This document shows, piece after piece, positions 39,463 to 52,569 of a stretch of DNA of 64,000 nucleotides. The stretch covers positions 2,976,001 to 3,040,000 of the forward strand of contig NC_086098.1 in the NCBI RefSeq assembly GCF_963921235.1, in the 5' to 3' direction. Under the pieces are notes generated by a model that was given only the letters and a program-made list of their open reading frames with translations, had not been told where the DNA came from and searched no databases. Made by a program: the position numbers and the translations under genes. Origin of the DNA: Mobula hypostoma. Lineage: Eukaryota. Position 1 is the stretch's first letter, and each line of letters begins with the position of its first letter.

Positions 39463-40054
39463 GAGAGTTTGCAGAGAAGATGTTTCCTGTGGTGGGTGAG
39501 TCTAGGACGAGAGGGCACAGCTTCAGAATAGAAGGACATCCATCCATCCATCCATCTATCTATCTATCTATTTATTTCTTTATTTATTGAGATACAGCAC
39601 AGAACATGCCTCTTGGCCCTCCGAGCCATGCCCTCAGCTGCCCACCTTTCTACCCTAGGCTAATCACAGGACAATTTACAATCACCAATTAACCTACCAA
39701 CCAGTACATCTTTGGCATCTGGGAGGAAACTGGAGCACCCAGAGGAAATCCACGCACTCATGGGGAGAACTCCTAACAGCCAGTAGCACGAATTGAATTC
39801 AAGTCCCTGGTACTGTAAACCATTGTGCTAACCATGACGCTACCTTGCTGCCCCACAGAGTTTTGGAGAACAAGTTATGGGTTTATTTAAAGCAGAGGTT
39901 AATAGGTTTTTGATTAGTCAATGTGTCAAAGGTTACAGGGAGAATGAGGGAGAATGGAGGAGAATGGGTTGAGAGGGATAATATATCAGCCATGATCGAA
40001 TGGTGGAGCAGGCTTGATAGGTCAAATGGCATAATTCTGCTCCTTTGTCTTCGT

Positions 40055-42600
40055 TGAAGAGAGGCTTCACTCAGAGAAAGCAAAGGAAATAAAAGCTCAA
40101 GTTTTTTCTCATTATCTTTGTATCTGCCCATCTAGGAATGGTAGAGATGACAGGCAGGAGAGTGAAATGCTCCTCCTGCGGGATGTGAGACACCTCCTGT
40201 GTCCCTGGAGGCTACACCTGTGAGAAGTGCATCCAGTTGCAGTCTCTAACAATCTGTGTTGAGGAGTTGGAGTTGGAGCTGGAACTGGATGAACTCCGGA
40301 TCATTCCGGAGGCTGAGGGGGTGATAGGTAGGATGTGTGGAGAGGTAGTTACACCCAATGTGCAGGAAACTAGGTGACAGTCAGGAAGAGGGAAAGTGGC
40401 TAAGGAGCCAGTGTGAGTACCCCGTGTCCATCCCCCTCAACTACAGGCATATCTCTTTGGATACTGTTGGGAGAGGGATGACCTATCAGAGGAGAGTCAC
40501 AGTGGTCAGATGTCTGGTACTCAGTCTGCCTCTGTGACTCAGATGGGAGGGGGGAAGCAGGCACATAGATAGGGGGTTCATAGTTAGGGGAGTGGATAGA
40601 AGGTTCTGTGACTGAGAGCGGGATTGTCGGACGTATGGTGCCTCCCGGATGCCAGGGTCTGGGATATCTCAGATCAAGTCTTCGGCATTCTTAAGTGAGA
40701 GAATGAACAGACAAAAGTCATGGTCCATGAAGATTTTTCGATCATTGAGCTCTCTTCCAGCGAAGGTGGGACCTGTACAGAAGGGATGGTTTGCAGCATA
40801 ACTGGAGGGGATCTAATATTCTAGCAGGAATGTTTGTTAATGCCACACGGTGGGGTTTAAACTAGTGTTGCAGGGGGATGGGAGCCAGAGTGTCAGAACA
40901 GTGAGTGGAGAGGTTCTGGAAGCAGATGTCGGTAAGACCTCTGACAAAGTTAGAAATCAAAAGATTGTGCATGGTGCAACTTGTGTCCTGAGCTGCCTAG
41001 ATTTCTATGCAAGAAGTATCATAGGAAAGGCGGATAAAAGTGCTAAAGGTGAGGTAGATGGTTTACAAACAGAGGCAATGTGTGGTGAGAAGAATCTGTT
41101 CATAGGGCAAAGTTGCAGCCAACAGGGTGAATTGCAACGTAAAAGGAGGACAAAATCGAAAATGATGAATACACGACTGAAGGTATTGTATCTGACTGGG
41201 CGCAGTATACAGAATAAGGAAGTTAAACTTGCAGCACAGTTGCAGATTGGCAGGTATGACTTTGTAGGTATCACTGAATCATGGCTGAAAGATTATAGCA
41301 GGGAGCTTAATGTCCAAGGATACACATTGTATGAGAAGGATAAGCAGGAACGCAAATGGGGCGGTGTTGCTCTGTTGGTAAAAAATGAAATCAAATCATG
41401 AGGAAGAGGTGACATAGCTCTGGAAAGTGTTGAACCGTTGAATCATTGTGGATAGAGCTAAGAAACTACAAGGGTAAAAAGACCCTGATGGGAGCTGTAT
41501 TCTAAGAGAAAGCTGACACAACCGTGGCAAACAAGAGAAGTCAAACCCAACACAACCAAAGAGAGGGCATATAATAGAGCAAAAATTAGTGGGAAGTTAG
41601 AGGATTGGGAAGCTTTCAAATACCAACAGAAGGCAACTAAGAAGTCATTAAGAAGGTAAGAATGGTATACAAAATTAAGCTAGCCAATAATATGAAAGAG
41701 GATATCAAACATTTCTTCAGATACATAAAATGTAAAAGAGAAGCAACAGTGAATATCAAGTCACTGGAAAATAATGCTGGAGAATAGTAATGGGTATCAA
41801 CAAAATTCCAGACAAACTGAATCAGTATTTTGCATCAGTCTTCACTGTGGACACGAGCAATATGGTGGAAGATCTGGGTGTCAGAGGTCATGAGGTGTGT
41901 GAAGTTGCCATTAACTAGAGAGAAGGTTCTTGGGAAACTGAAAGGTCTAGAGGTAGATAAGTCACCTGGACCAGATGGTGTTCACCCTAGAGTTCTGGAA
42001 GAGGTGGCATGGACATCTTAGTAATGATCTTTAAAGAGTCACTAGATTTTGGAATGGTTCTGGAAGACTGGAAGATTGCAAATGTCACTCCACATTTCAA
42101 GAAAGGAGAGAGGTAGAAAAAAAGGAAAATATAGGCCAGTTAGTCTGATCTCAGTGGTTGGGAAGATGCTGAAGTCGACTATTAAGGATGAGGTCTCAGG
42201 GTACTTGGAGGCACATGATGAAGTAGACACCATGGTTTCCTCAAGGAAAAATCTTGCCAGACAAATCTGTTGGAATTCTTTGATATAATATAAAGCAGGA
42301 TAGACAAAGGAAAATTGGCTAATGTTGTGTAGATGGATTTTCAGAAGGCCTTTGATGAGGTGCCATGCACGAGAATGCTTAACATGTTGGGAGCTCATGG
42401 TATTACAGGAAATCCTCTAGCATGAATAAAGCAGTGGCCGATTGACAGGAGGCAAAGAGTGGGAATATAAGGTGCCTTTTCTGCCTGGCTGCTGGTGACT
42501 AGTGGTGTTCTACAAGGGACTGTGTTGAGACCGATTCTTTTTACGCTATTTGTTAATGATTTGGATGATGGAATTGATGAATTTGTTGAAATGTTTGCAG
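40055..42600 (+). mobile_element. Degraded CR1 (ORF1 and ORF2 remnants); 3' end probably resumes at ~44950-45200
   Basis: Zn-finger remnant near 40170, ORF 40850-41401 APE, RT remnants up to FAE at 42600. Confidence 0.85.
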
Positions 42601-42911
42601 AAGAATTCGGAGAAGGAAGTCTGAGAATCGGAGCGAGAGTGTGGAGGAAGTCATTTTTGAATTTTTCGTTTTTTTTCCATAGGCGTTTAGAGAGGCGGGA
42701 CTGCACAGGTGTGTGACGTCAGGGAGTGAAGCGTGGAAGATTTAAAAGGAACAGAGCCTTATACAGCGGGCAGCGTAGTTTGCGGGCTGCGGAGTGAGCC
42801 GGGAGCAGAGTAAAGGCTTAAGGGCTTCAGCTCACCGGGCTTAGGCAGAAACGGACGAGGCGAAGAGTGTTTGGTATTCATTTTTTGTTGTTATTTGAGG
42901 AGAGGGGCAGT

Positions 42912-43847
42912 ATGAGTGTGAGGGCAGCTTGCTGTTCTTGGTGCTGGATGTGGAAGGCCCTGGAGTCTCCAAGCCTCCCGGACGTCCACATCTGCGCCAG
43001 GTGCGCCGAGATGCAGCTCCTAAGGGACCGCGTTAGGGAACTGGAGCTGCAGCTCGATGACCTTCGTCTGGTCAGGGAGAATGAGGAGTTGATAGAGAGG
43101 AGTTACAGGCAGGTAGTCACACCGGGGCCACGGGAGGCAGACAAGTGGGTCACGGTTAGGAGGGGGAAGGGGAAGAGTCAGGTACTAGAGAGTACCCCGG
43201 TGGCTGTGCCCCTTGACAATAGGTACTCCTGTTTGAGTACTGTTGGGGGGGACAGCTTACCTTGGGGAAGCGACAGGAGCCGTGCCTCTGGCACAGAGTC
43301 CGGCCCTGTAGCTCAGAAGGGTAGGGAAAGGAAGAGGAGGGCAGCAGTAATAGGGGACTCGATAGTAAGGGGATCAGATAGGCGATTCTGTGGAGGCAGT
43401 CCAGAGACCCGGATGGTAGTTTGCCTCCCTGGTGCCAGGGTCCGGGATATTTCTGATCGCGTCCAAGATATCCTGAAGTGGGAGGGAGAGGAACCAGAGA
43501 TCGTGGTACATATAGGTGCCAATGATATAGGTAGGAAAAGGGGAGAGGTCCTGAAAGGAGAACATAGGGAGTTAGGAAGGGAGTTGAGAAAAAGGATCGC
43601 AAAGGTAGTAATCTCGGGATTACTGCCTGTGCCACGCGACAGTGAGAGTAGGAATGCAATGAGATGGAGGATAAATGTGTGGCTGAGGGATTGGAGCAGG
43701 GGGCAGGGATTCAAGTTTTTGGATCATTGCGACCTCTTTTGGTGCAGGTGTGACCTGAACAAAAAGGATGGGTTACACTTGAATCCTAGGGGGACCAATA
43801 TCCTGGTGGGGAGATTTGCGAGGGCTACTGAGGTGACTTTAAACTAG
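42912..43847 (+). CDS. CR1 ORF1p: zinc finger, leucine zipper, SGNH esterase (uninterrupted; TE protein)
   Basis: ATG 42912; CSWC..CARC; LLRDRVRELELQLDDL; GDSIVRG, PGA, GANDI, DGLH. Confidence 0.9.
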   Translation: MSVRAACCSWCWMWKALESPSLPDVHICARCAEMQLLRDRVRELELQLDDLRLVRENEELIERSYRQVVTPGPREADKWVTVRRGKGKSQVLESTPVAVPLDNRYSCLSTVGGDSLPWGSDRSRASGTESGPVAQKGRERKRRAAVIGDSIVRGSDRRFCGGSPETRMVVCLPGARVRDISDRVQDILKWEGEEPEIVVHIGANDIGRKRGEVLKGEHRELGRELRKRIAKVVISGLLPVPRDSESRNAMRWRINVWLRDWSRGQGFKFLDHCDLFWCRCDLNKKDGLHLNPRGTNILVGRFARATEVTLN

Positions 43848-44821
43848 AATGGTTGGGGGGTGGGAATCAAATTAAAGAGAATAGGAGAGAGGAGGTTCAT
43901 TCACAAATAGAGAAAGCTAGTAGACAGTGTGTGAAGGAGGATAGGCAGGGGACAGAGATCAAGGGCACTCAGACCAAAGATGTAGGGGACAAGGAAGAAA
44001 AAGATAACAAAGTTGTTTGCTCCATTCAGGATAAAAAGAGAGTAAGAGTTGGAGAGTTTCTTAAATGCATCTATTTTAATGCTAGGAGCATTGTAAGAAA
44101 GGTGGATGAGCTTAGAGCATGGATTGATACGTGGAAATATGATGTTATAGCTATTAGTGAAACATGGTTGCAGGAGGGGTGTGATTGGCAACTAAATATT
44201 CCAGGATTTCGTTGCTTCAGGTGTGATAGAATTGGAGGGACAAGAGGGGGAGGTGTTGCATTGCTTGTCAGAAAAAATATAATAGCGGTCCTCTGGCAGG
44301 ATAGATTAGTGGACTCATCCAGGGAGGCTATTTGGGTGGAATTGAGGAATAGGAAAGGTGTAGTGATGCTTATAGGGGTGTATTATAGACCACCTAATGG
44401 GGACCGAGAACTGGAGGAACAAATTTGTAAGGAGATAGCAGATATATGTAGTAAGCACAAGGTTGTGATTGTGGGAGATTTTAATTTTTCACACATAGAC
44501 TGGGAGGCCCATTCTGTAAAAGGGCTGGATGGTTTGGAGTTTGTCAAATGTGTGCAGGATAGTTTTTTGCAGCAATACATAGAGGTACCAACTAGAGAAG
44601 GGGCAGTGTTGGATCTCCTGTTAGGGAATGAGATAGGTCAGGTGATAGAGGTATGTGTTGGGGAGCACTTCGGGTCCAGTGATCACAAAACCATTAGTTT
44701 CAATATAATTATGGAGAAGTATAGGACTGGACCCAGGGTTGAGATTTTTGATTGGAGAAAGGCTTACTTTGAGGAGATGCAAATGGATTTAGAAGGAGAG
44801 GATTGGGACAATTTGTTGTAA
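43838..44821 (+). pseudogene. CR1 ORF2 N-terminus (APE endonuclease), -1 frame relative to ORF1, truncated
   Basis: YFNARS, SETWL, YYRPP, GDFN, GSSDH; first in-frame ATG only at 44366. Confidence 0.9.
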
Positions 44822-46621
44822 GGGAAGGATGTAATAGAGAAATGGAGGTCATTTAAAGGTGAAATTTTGAGGGTACAGGATCTTTATGTTCCTGTTAGGT
44901 TGAAAGGAAAGGTTAAAAGTTTGAGAGAACCATGGTTTTCAAGGGATATAGGAATTTCTTTAGCCAGAGAGTGGTGAATCTGTGGAATTCATTACCACAG
45001 GCAGCTGTGGAGGTAATCTTTATGTATACTTGAGGCAGTGATTGATAGATTCTTGACTCATTAGGGCATGAAGGAATACAGGGAGAAGGGAGGAGGTTGG
45101 GGCTGAGAAGAAATTTCGATCAGCCATGATGGAATGACAGAGCAGACTCAATGGGCTAAATGGTCTAATTCCGCCCCAATATTTTATTGTTTTATTGTCT
45201 TATATCATTGAAAGGGCCAAATTCCTTCATGAGTGTATCCGGAAGAAAGATTACTCTTCCAAAATAAACAAGAATTGGTGAGGTTTTCACAGCAAGCGTT
45301 GCACACTGGCATTTTGCTGACATGCACATCTCCAATCATTTGAATTCTGTATTGCAGAGGAGATGTCCTGAATAATCCAATTATCAACACAGGAAAATAC
45401 ACTGATCCACTTGTTATCATGTGTTCAAGTTGAAAGAGGGACCACAGTTTCTTATTGATTATTAATAATTGCTTTCTCATTGTGTTATCAAGACAAATCT
45501 GACAATTGCGAATAGTGGTACTACAATAAAATATTGGTTGAAAATGAAATTGAAAATTAGCAAGGTTTAAAGCAGAAAATATGCATGTCACCACAGTAAG
45601 TGCTATTCATTATAAGTTATAACGGTATATCGGAATGCTCGTCAGTCAACAGCACTGTTGGATGTTGATGCTTTTGTGATCCAAACGTTAGAAGTCAAAA
45701 ATGAGGCATAAATTTTTTTGTTATCTATTTCATTAAGTATTATATCTTTCCTTTCTGCGCCTTGTGGTGCATCAGGCTGTTTCTTTAGCATTTGTCTTTT
45801 TTTTACAAGGCTGAGTTGCTATCTCGATGATTAACCCTGCACGGATATAAAGCCTGCAAGAGGCCAGCTGCATTCAAACCCAAGACTATTCGCCTCAAAG
45901 TCTGGTGTGGATGCTACCACACCACTATCAAGTTGAATTGACTTTATTTCTTACATCCTTCGCATACATGAGGAGTATATTACGATCGAGGAACGTGTTT
46001 GTAGACTGGATATTGAACTTTTCACTGTTGGACTTCGGCCACATTCCACCGTGATACAACACTGGGCGGCACGGGAGGTCGTTCCTGCCTGTGGCCATCG
46101 AACGTGCAGCTCCTCCCGTGGAGGGTCAGACACCCTGAGCCAATAGACTGGTCCTGGACTTATTTTCCATCTGGCATAGTTTTGCATTTTGTTGTTTGAT
46201 TGTTGGGGTTTTTTGTATTGCTATATTTACACTCTATTCTTGGTTGGTGCGGCTGTAATGAAACCAAATTTCCCTCGGGATTAATAAAGTATATCTAGCT
46301 ATCTATCTATCTAAAAATCTATACATTACATCTCTATTTAAATGTGCAATGTGCAATCATAGTAATTTATAATAATTTATAATAAATAGAACAGCCAGTG
46401 TAATATAGCGTACACTCAGATCAGCGTGAGTTCATCAGTCTGATGGCCTGGTGGAAGAAGCTGTCCCAGAGCCTGTTGGTCCTGGCTTTTATGCTGCGGT
46501 ACCGTTTCCCAGATGGTAGCAGCTGGAATAAATTGTGGTTAAGTGACTTGGGTCCCCAATGATCCTACGGGCCTACCTGTCCATTTAACTGCCCTGGATC
46601 ACGGGAAGTTCACAACTACAG

Positions 46622-47646
46622 ATGTGCTGTGTGCTCTGTCCACTGCTGTTCACTCTGCTGACCCACGACTGTGCTGCAACACACAGCTCGAACCACATCA
46701 TCAAGTTCGCCGATGACACGACCGTGGTGGGTCTCATCAGCAAGAATGACGAGTCAGCATACAGAGAGGAGGTGCAGCGGCTAATGGATTGGTGCAGAGC
46801 CAACAATCTGTCTCCGAATGTGAACAACACAAAAGAAATGGTTGTTGACTTCAGGAGGACACGGAGCGACCACTCTCCGCTGAACATCGACAACTCCTCC
46901 GTAGAGATCGTTAAGAGCACCAAATTTCTTGGTGTTCACCTCTCGAAGAATCTCACCTGGTCCCTCAACACCAGCTCCATAGCAAAGAAAGCCCAGCAGC
47001 GTCTCTACTTTCTGCGAAGGCTGAGAAAAGTCCATCTCCCACCCCCCATCCTCACCACATTCTACAGAGGTTGTATTGAGAGCATCCTGAGCAGCTGCAT
47101 CACGGCCTGGTTTGAAAATTGTACCATCTCGATTTGCAAGACCCTGCTGCGTATAGTGAGGTCAGTTGAGAAGATCATTGGGATCTCTCTTCCTGCCATT
47201 ACAGACATTTACACTGCATGCTGCATCTCTAAAGCAAACAGCATTATGAAGGACCCCACGCACCCCTCATACAAACTCTTCTCCCTCCTGCCATCTGGCA
47301 AAAGGCACCGAAGTATTCTGGCTCTCACGACCAGACTATATAACAGTTTCTTCCCCCAAGCCATCAGACTCCTCAATACCCAGAGCCTGGACTGACACCA
47401 ACCTACTGCCCTCTACTGTGCCTATTGTCTTGTTTATTATTTATTGTAATGCCTGCACTGTTTTGTGCACTTTATGCAGTCCTGGATAGGTCTGTAGTCT
47501 AGTGTAGTTTTGTGTTGTTTTACGTAGTTCAGTGTAGTTTTTGTATTGTTCATGTAGCACCATGGTCCTGAAAAACATGTCATTTTTACTGTGTACTGTA
47601 CCAGCAGTTATGGACGAAATGACAATAAAAAGTGACTTGACTTGAC
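46622..47646 (+). mobile_element. Nested Rex1/Babar RT C-terminal half with open ORF 46622-47395
   Basis: [36 protein letters not shown]; tail (ACTTG)n. Confidence 0.92.
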
Positions 47647-47727
47647 CACTCTCTGCAGAGTCCTGCGATTAAGGGAGATACGGTTCCCATACCAGGCAGT
47701 TATGCAGCCAGTCAGGATGCTCTCAAT

Positions 47728-47879
47728 AAAAGTTGCTGGTGAACACAGCAGGCCAGGCAGCATCTATAGGAAGAGGTACAGTTGACGTTTCAGGCCGAGA
47801 CCCTTCGCCTGCTGCGTTCACCAGCAACTTTCATGTGTGTTGCTTGAAATTCCAGCATCTGCAAATTTCCTCATGTTTG
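47728..47879. mobile_element. Internally deleted palindromic Penelope-derived repeat with 14-bp TSD
   Basis: aggatgctctcaat at 47714-27 and 47880-93. Confidence 0.85.
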
Positions 47880-49484
47880 AGGATGCTCTCAATTGTGCCC
47901 CTGTAGAAAGTTCTTAGGATCTGGGGACCCATACCAAACTTCTTCAACCATCTAAGGTGAAAGAGGCGCTGTTGTGTCTTTTTCACCACACAGCTGCTGT
48001 GCACAGACCACGTGAGGTTCTCGATGATGTGGATGCTGAGGAACTATTGATCCAGGGTTTCTGGTTTGGAAGACCCTGATCGACTTCTGGGGGACAACAT
48101 CGTCGATGCATTTCTGGATGAAGCAGGTGACTCCATCAGTGAACTTGGAGACATCCCTCATCATGGAAGACATTCCAGTCAACGTCATCGAAGCAGTCCT
48201 GCAGCATGGAGGTTGAATGGTCGGACCAACAGTGGGCGGTTTTAACTGTGGCTGCCTCTTGTTACAGCTTCTACCTGTACATTGGCAAAAGCAGGATTGA
48301 AGAGTGATCTGATTTTCCAAAAGCTGGGCGAAGGAGAGCTTTGTGAGCATTGCAGAAGGGAGTGTAGCGGTCGTCAAGTGTCTTATCTCCACGAGTGCTC
48401 ACCTGGATGTGCTGACAAAACTTCACAGAGACTTTCGTCAGCGACGCTCGATTAAAGTCACTGGCGATGATGAAGTCAGCCTCTGGGGTATGCAGTCTCC
48501 AGTGTGTTGATGGTCTCGTACAGTTCCTTGAGAGCCAGGTCGATATCAGCCTGCGATGGAATGTACACTGCTGTGATGATAACAACCGTGAACTCCCTAG
48601 GCAGCCAGTAGGGTCTGCACAACAGCACCAGGTATTCCAGGTCTGGGGAACAAAAGGATTTGAGTGCATGCACATTCTGGGGGTCACACCAAGCATTGTT
48701 GACTATGAAGCATACCCCTCCTCCTTTACTCTTCCCACTGAGATTTTTCCACCTGCCCGCCTGGAACAGGGAGAACCCAGAGGGTTCGATGGCGTGATCC
48801 TGAATCTCCTCCGTCAGCCAGGTCTCCATGAAACACAAAACATTGCTTTCCTTTATTTCCCGCTGATAGGAGATTCTGGCTCTCAGTTCACAAAGCTTGA
48901 TATCCAGGGACTGAACATTAGCCAGGAGTACGCTAGGTAGTGGCGGTCAAGTTGCACGCCATCACAGCCTCACCAGGACACCGGCCCCTCTCCCTCGCCT
49001 CCAGCGCTTCTTCCGAGGTAATGGCAGTGTAAGAGAGGAGTCTCCCATGGATCACACAAGCAGGGGATCCCAGTGTAGGAAAGGAGGCACATAGTGGGTA
49101 AATGTCATCTTTCTAATGTTCAGAAGGGTCAGTCTATAGTATTTTATGTGACTATCAGCTACTTGATCAGGAAATGCTAAGAAAATTGTAGAAATTACTA
49201 GTATACTGTAGATTTGGAATGGAGCTCACAACACGGCCACCATACACGGCGCCATCTTGAATAATGTTACAAAATCAGAAAATGAACACGAAAGATGAGC
49301 CAAGAGAATAAAGAAAAGACAAAGGAAAAAGCAGTCACTATTGTCTCATGGTCTCATATGTGTATTTTTTTATCCCTGCACATTGGTCTTTTTTTAACGG
49401 GTTCTTTTGGGTTTCTTATTTTGTGGCTGCCTGCAAGGAGACAAATCTTAAGGTTATATAATTTAAACATATTTTTATAATAAA

Positions 49485-50410
49485 TTGACTGAGAATCCCA
49501 CACTGTAAAAGGACTAGATGGGATAGAGCTTGTCAAATGTGCTCTGGAAAGTTTCCTTCATCGGTACATAGAAGTCCCAATGAAAGACCATGCGATACTA
49601 GATCTGCTATTAGGGAATGAGGCAGAGTAGGTGACAGAAGTTTGTCTGGGTGAGCATTTTGCATCCAGTGACCATAATGCCTTTACTTTCAAAGTAAATA
49701 TGCAAAAAGATGGGTCTGGTCAACCGGTTAAGGTTCTGAATTGGAGAAAGGCCATTTTTGATGGTATCAGAAGTGAACTGGCAAAGCTGTACTTGGAAAG
49801 AGGGAGGTCTTCAAAAACAAAAGTATGTGAGTACAAAGCTTGTTTGTGCCGGTCAGAATAAAAGGTAAAGATAACAAGTGCAGGGGTCCTCGATTTTCAA
49901 GAGATATTAAGGTCCTGGTTAAGAGGAAAAAGGTGCACAGCAGATATTGGCAGGTAGGAACAGGAGGAGTACAAGAAATGTAAAAGAACACTAAGGGTTT
50001 CTACAGATTCATTCAGAGCAAAAGTACTGCAAGGGACAAAATTGGTCCTCTGGAAGACCAGAGTGGTAATCCATGTATGGAGCCAAAACAGATGTGGGTG
50101 ATTTTAAATGCATTCTTTGAATGTGTATTTACTCGGGAGATGGATAGAGAGTCTATTGAAGTGAGGCCCTAGCAGAGAAAGAGAGGTATCGTCTTCACTC
50201 AGAGGGTCATGAGAGCGTGGAATGAGCTGTCAGCACGAGTGGTCTATGTGAGCTCGATTTCAACGTTTGAGAAGTTTGGATAGGTACATGGATTGCAGAG
50301 GTGTGGAGGGTTCTGGCACTGGTGCAAGATGATGGGAGTAGGCAGCCTAAATAGTTTCAGCATGGACTAGATGGGCCGAAGGCCTGTTTCTGTGCTTACT
50401 TCTCTATGAC
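49485..50410 (+). mobile_element. CR1 ORF2 fragments and 3' end
   Basis: HFASSDHN; CR1 3' UTR. Confidence 0.8.
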
Positions 50411-51464
50411 TTTGAACGTTGAACTTAACTCAGACTGGAGATAACACAATTCAAATGATAACAATTAACTGATGAAATAGCCACATTCAAATAACGTGAC
50501 CTGTAGATTGGAAATAAGCTACTGTAGTTCTCATATCTGGTAATCAAACACCAAAGTAAAACAGAAAAATACTGTGGCCTGAAGCATTAACTCTTTCCCA
50601 TTCAAATGCCTGATGCAATGAATGTTTCCCGTGTTCTTGACTTTTATTTCAGATCTACATCTACATCTCCTGATTTTCATCTGTAGTTCGATTTTGTTAT
50701 TTCAATTCCATGCAAAGCAGTTGAATCGATAAATAGTACATACAGAAGCAACAAATAAACAGCATTCTTAGTTTTAGTTAAAGGCTCCAGCTGGCAGGCC
50801 TCTTTAATTATGTTTTTGATGAAATGACAACTTAGAATCGTTGTAGTAAATTATATTATTGTTCATTTTATGATAGACCCTCAATAAATGTGTAATTTGG
50901 AATTATTAATGACGCCCAGAGGAATTGGGTACCAGAGTAAAATTTGGGCAGAAACAAGAAATTGACTGAAGGTGAGAAAGCAGTGAGGTAAATGAAGGAA
51001 TAACATCAAGCTCATGGCTCTTGAACCAGTCTGGATAACCTCACTCAATGGGTAACCCTAGGTAATTTCTAAAGTAAGGACATGTTCAACACAGCATTGT
51101 ACGCTGAAGGGCCTGTATTGTGCTGTGGGTTTTCTATGTTTCTAACTCTGAACTGATTCTGCAACCTGCAGATGCACTTTCAGGGACTATTGACAACTCA
51201 TGTTCTCAGTATTATCTATTTGCACAATTCATCTTTTTTTGCACATTGGATGCTTGTCAGTCTTTGTTTATGTCTAGTTTTTCATAAATTCTACGGTATT
51301 TCTTTTTTCTCTGTTAATGCCTGCAAGAAAGTGACTCTTAAGACAGTATATGCTAACATATACTGTACATACTGTGATAGAAAATTTACTTAGAACTTTT
51401 AAACTTTGATGTTTTGTGAAAGTCTTCTAACAGAGCACCAGACTGATCACTGGATTTTTAAAAT

Positions 51465-51757
51465 GTTTATTTTGTGATGCAGCAGGAAATAGGTCCTTGG
51501 GTACTTTGAGCTGCACCACCCAGCAACCCCCAATTTAACTCTCGCCTAATCACGGGACATTTTTCAATAAACCATTTACCTACCCCCCAGTATGTCTTTG
51601 GACTGTGGTAAGAAACTGGAAAGCCCAGAGGAAACACACGCCTTCCCCTGGGGAGGAGGTACAAACTCTTTACAGAGGGCACGCAGAATGATTTCCAAAC
51701 TCCGAAGCCCTGAGCTGTAATAGCATTGTGCTAACTGCTACCGTACTGTGGTGCCCT
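51465..51757 (-). mobile_element. V-domain SINE
   Basis: As other copies. Confidence 0.75.
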
Positions 51758-52569
51758 TGCCTTTTACAGACCTGATGTCTCTGTTGCTGTACTTGAGGCC
51801 GTTTCGTTCCTCAGCCCATCTGGTCTGTGCTTAGAGAACTAACCAACTTGAAAGGCACTGCATCTCAGCAACAACAACCCCCATTTCTCAGCTGCTGCCA
51901 GGCTGCTAACTTCTCAGCAGCATAATACAAATAAGACCAAGATAGGCAGCAGTTCCTTTAAACCTAGTGTGACCTGCTTTCTATTTCTGTAAGGCACACT
52001 CCAAAATAAAGCTTCAGAAAGAATGAGAGCTGATTACAGCACACTGACATACATTTAATTGCAAAAAATCAGAGAGTTTAGAATGCCATACATATTTGAT
52101 CAAAGCCATTTTCAGACTGTATAATGTCAGCTTCCCATCTTCATAACAAACAGACCAACAGGTCATATATCAAACCAAGGTAGGCATGACCTTGTTATTA
52201 AAGCTTGAAATGTAATTCTATGACAATTTTTGCAGGTCACTTTTGGAAAAATATATATTTAATCATATCCTTTATTAATTATAAACTCAAAATGTCAATT
52301 TCTCACGTTGGACACATTACCAACACTGTGCAGTTATTATTACTTTTATCTTTGAATCAGAATTCAAGCCCCACAATAGGTATTGATCTGATATTCCAGA
52401 TTCATGCTGAACCATTCTTTTGGAGTTGGCCTTAAACCTCCCTGATTATTTCAATCCAGCTGAATTGTTTGATCCTTATGTTCTTCTCCATCCTCCCTCC
52501 ACAATCCCTATTTACCAGCTAGGGATCAGAATCCGAATCAGGATGAGATCCTATTAAGGAGCCGATGCA

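Larger units (their letters stand above)
42601..44952 (+). mobile_element. Young CR1 with 5' UTR, intact ORF1 and APE; 3' part missing
   Basis: CpG-rich 5' UTR and two long ORFs. Confidence 0.92.
45928..49260 (-). mobile_element. Rex1/Babar LINE, internally deleted, with nested insertions
   Basis: APE CFMETWL..GGGVCF..RPYWLPREF..AVYIP (48476-48838); 5' end tcaagatggcgcc; tail at ~45930. Confidence 0.85.
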
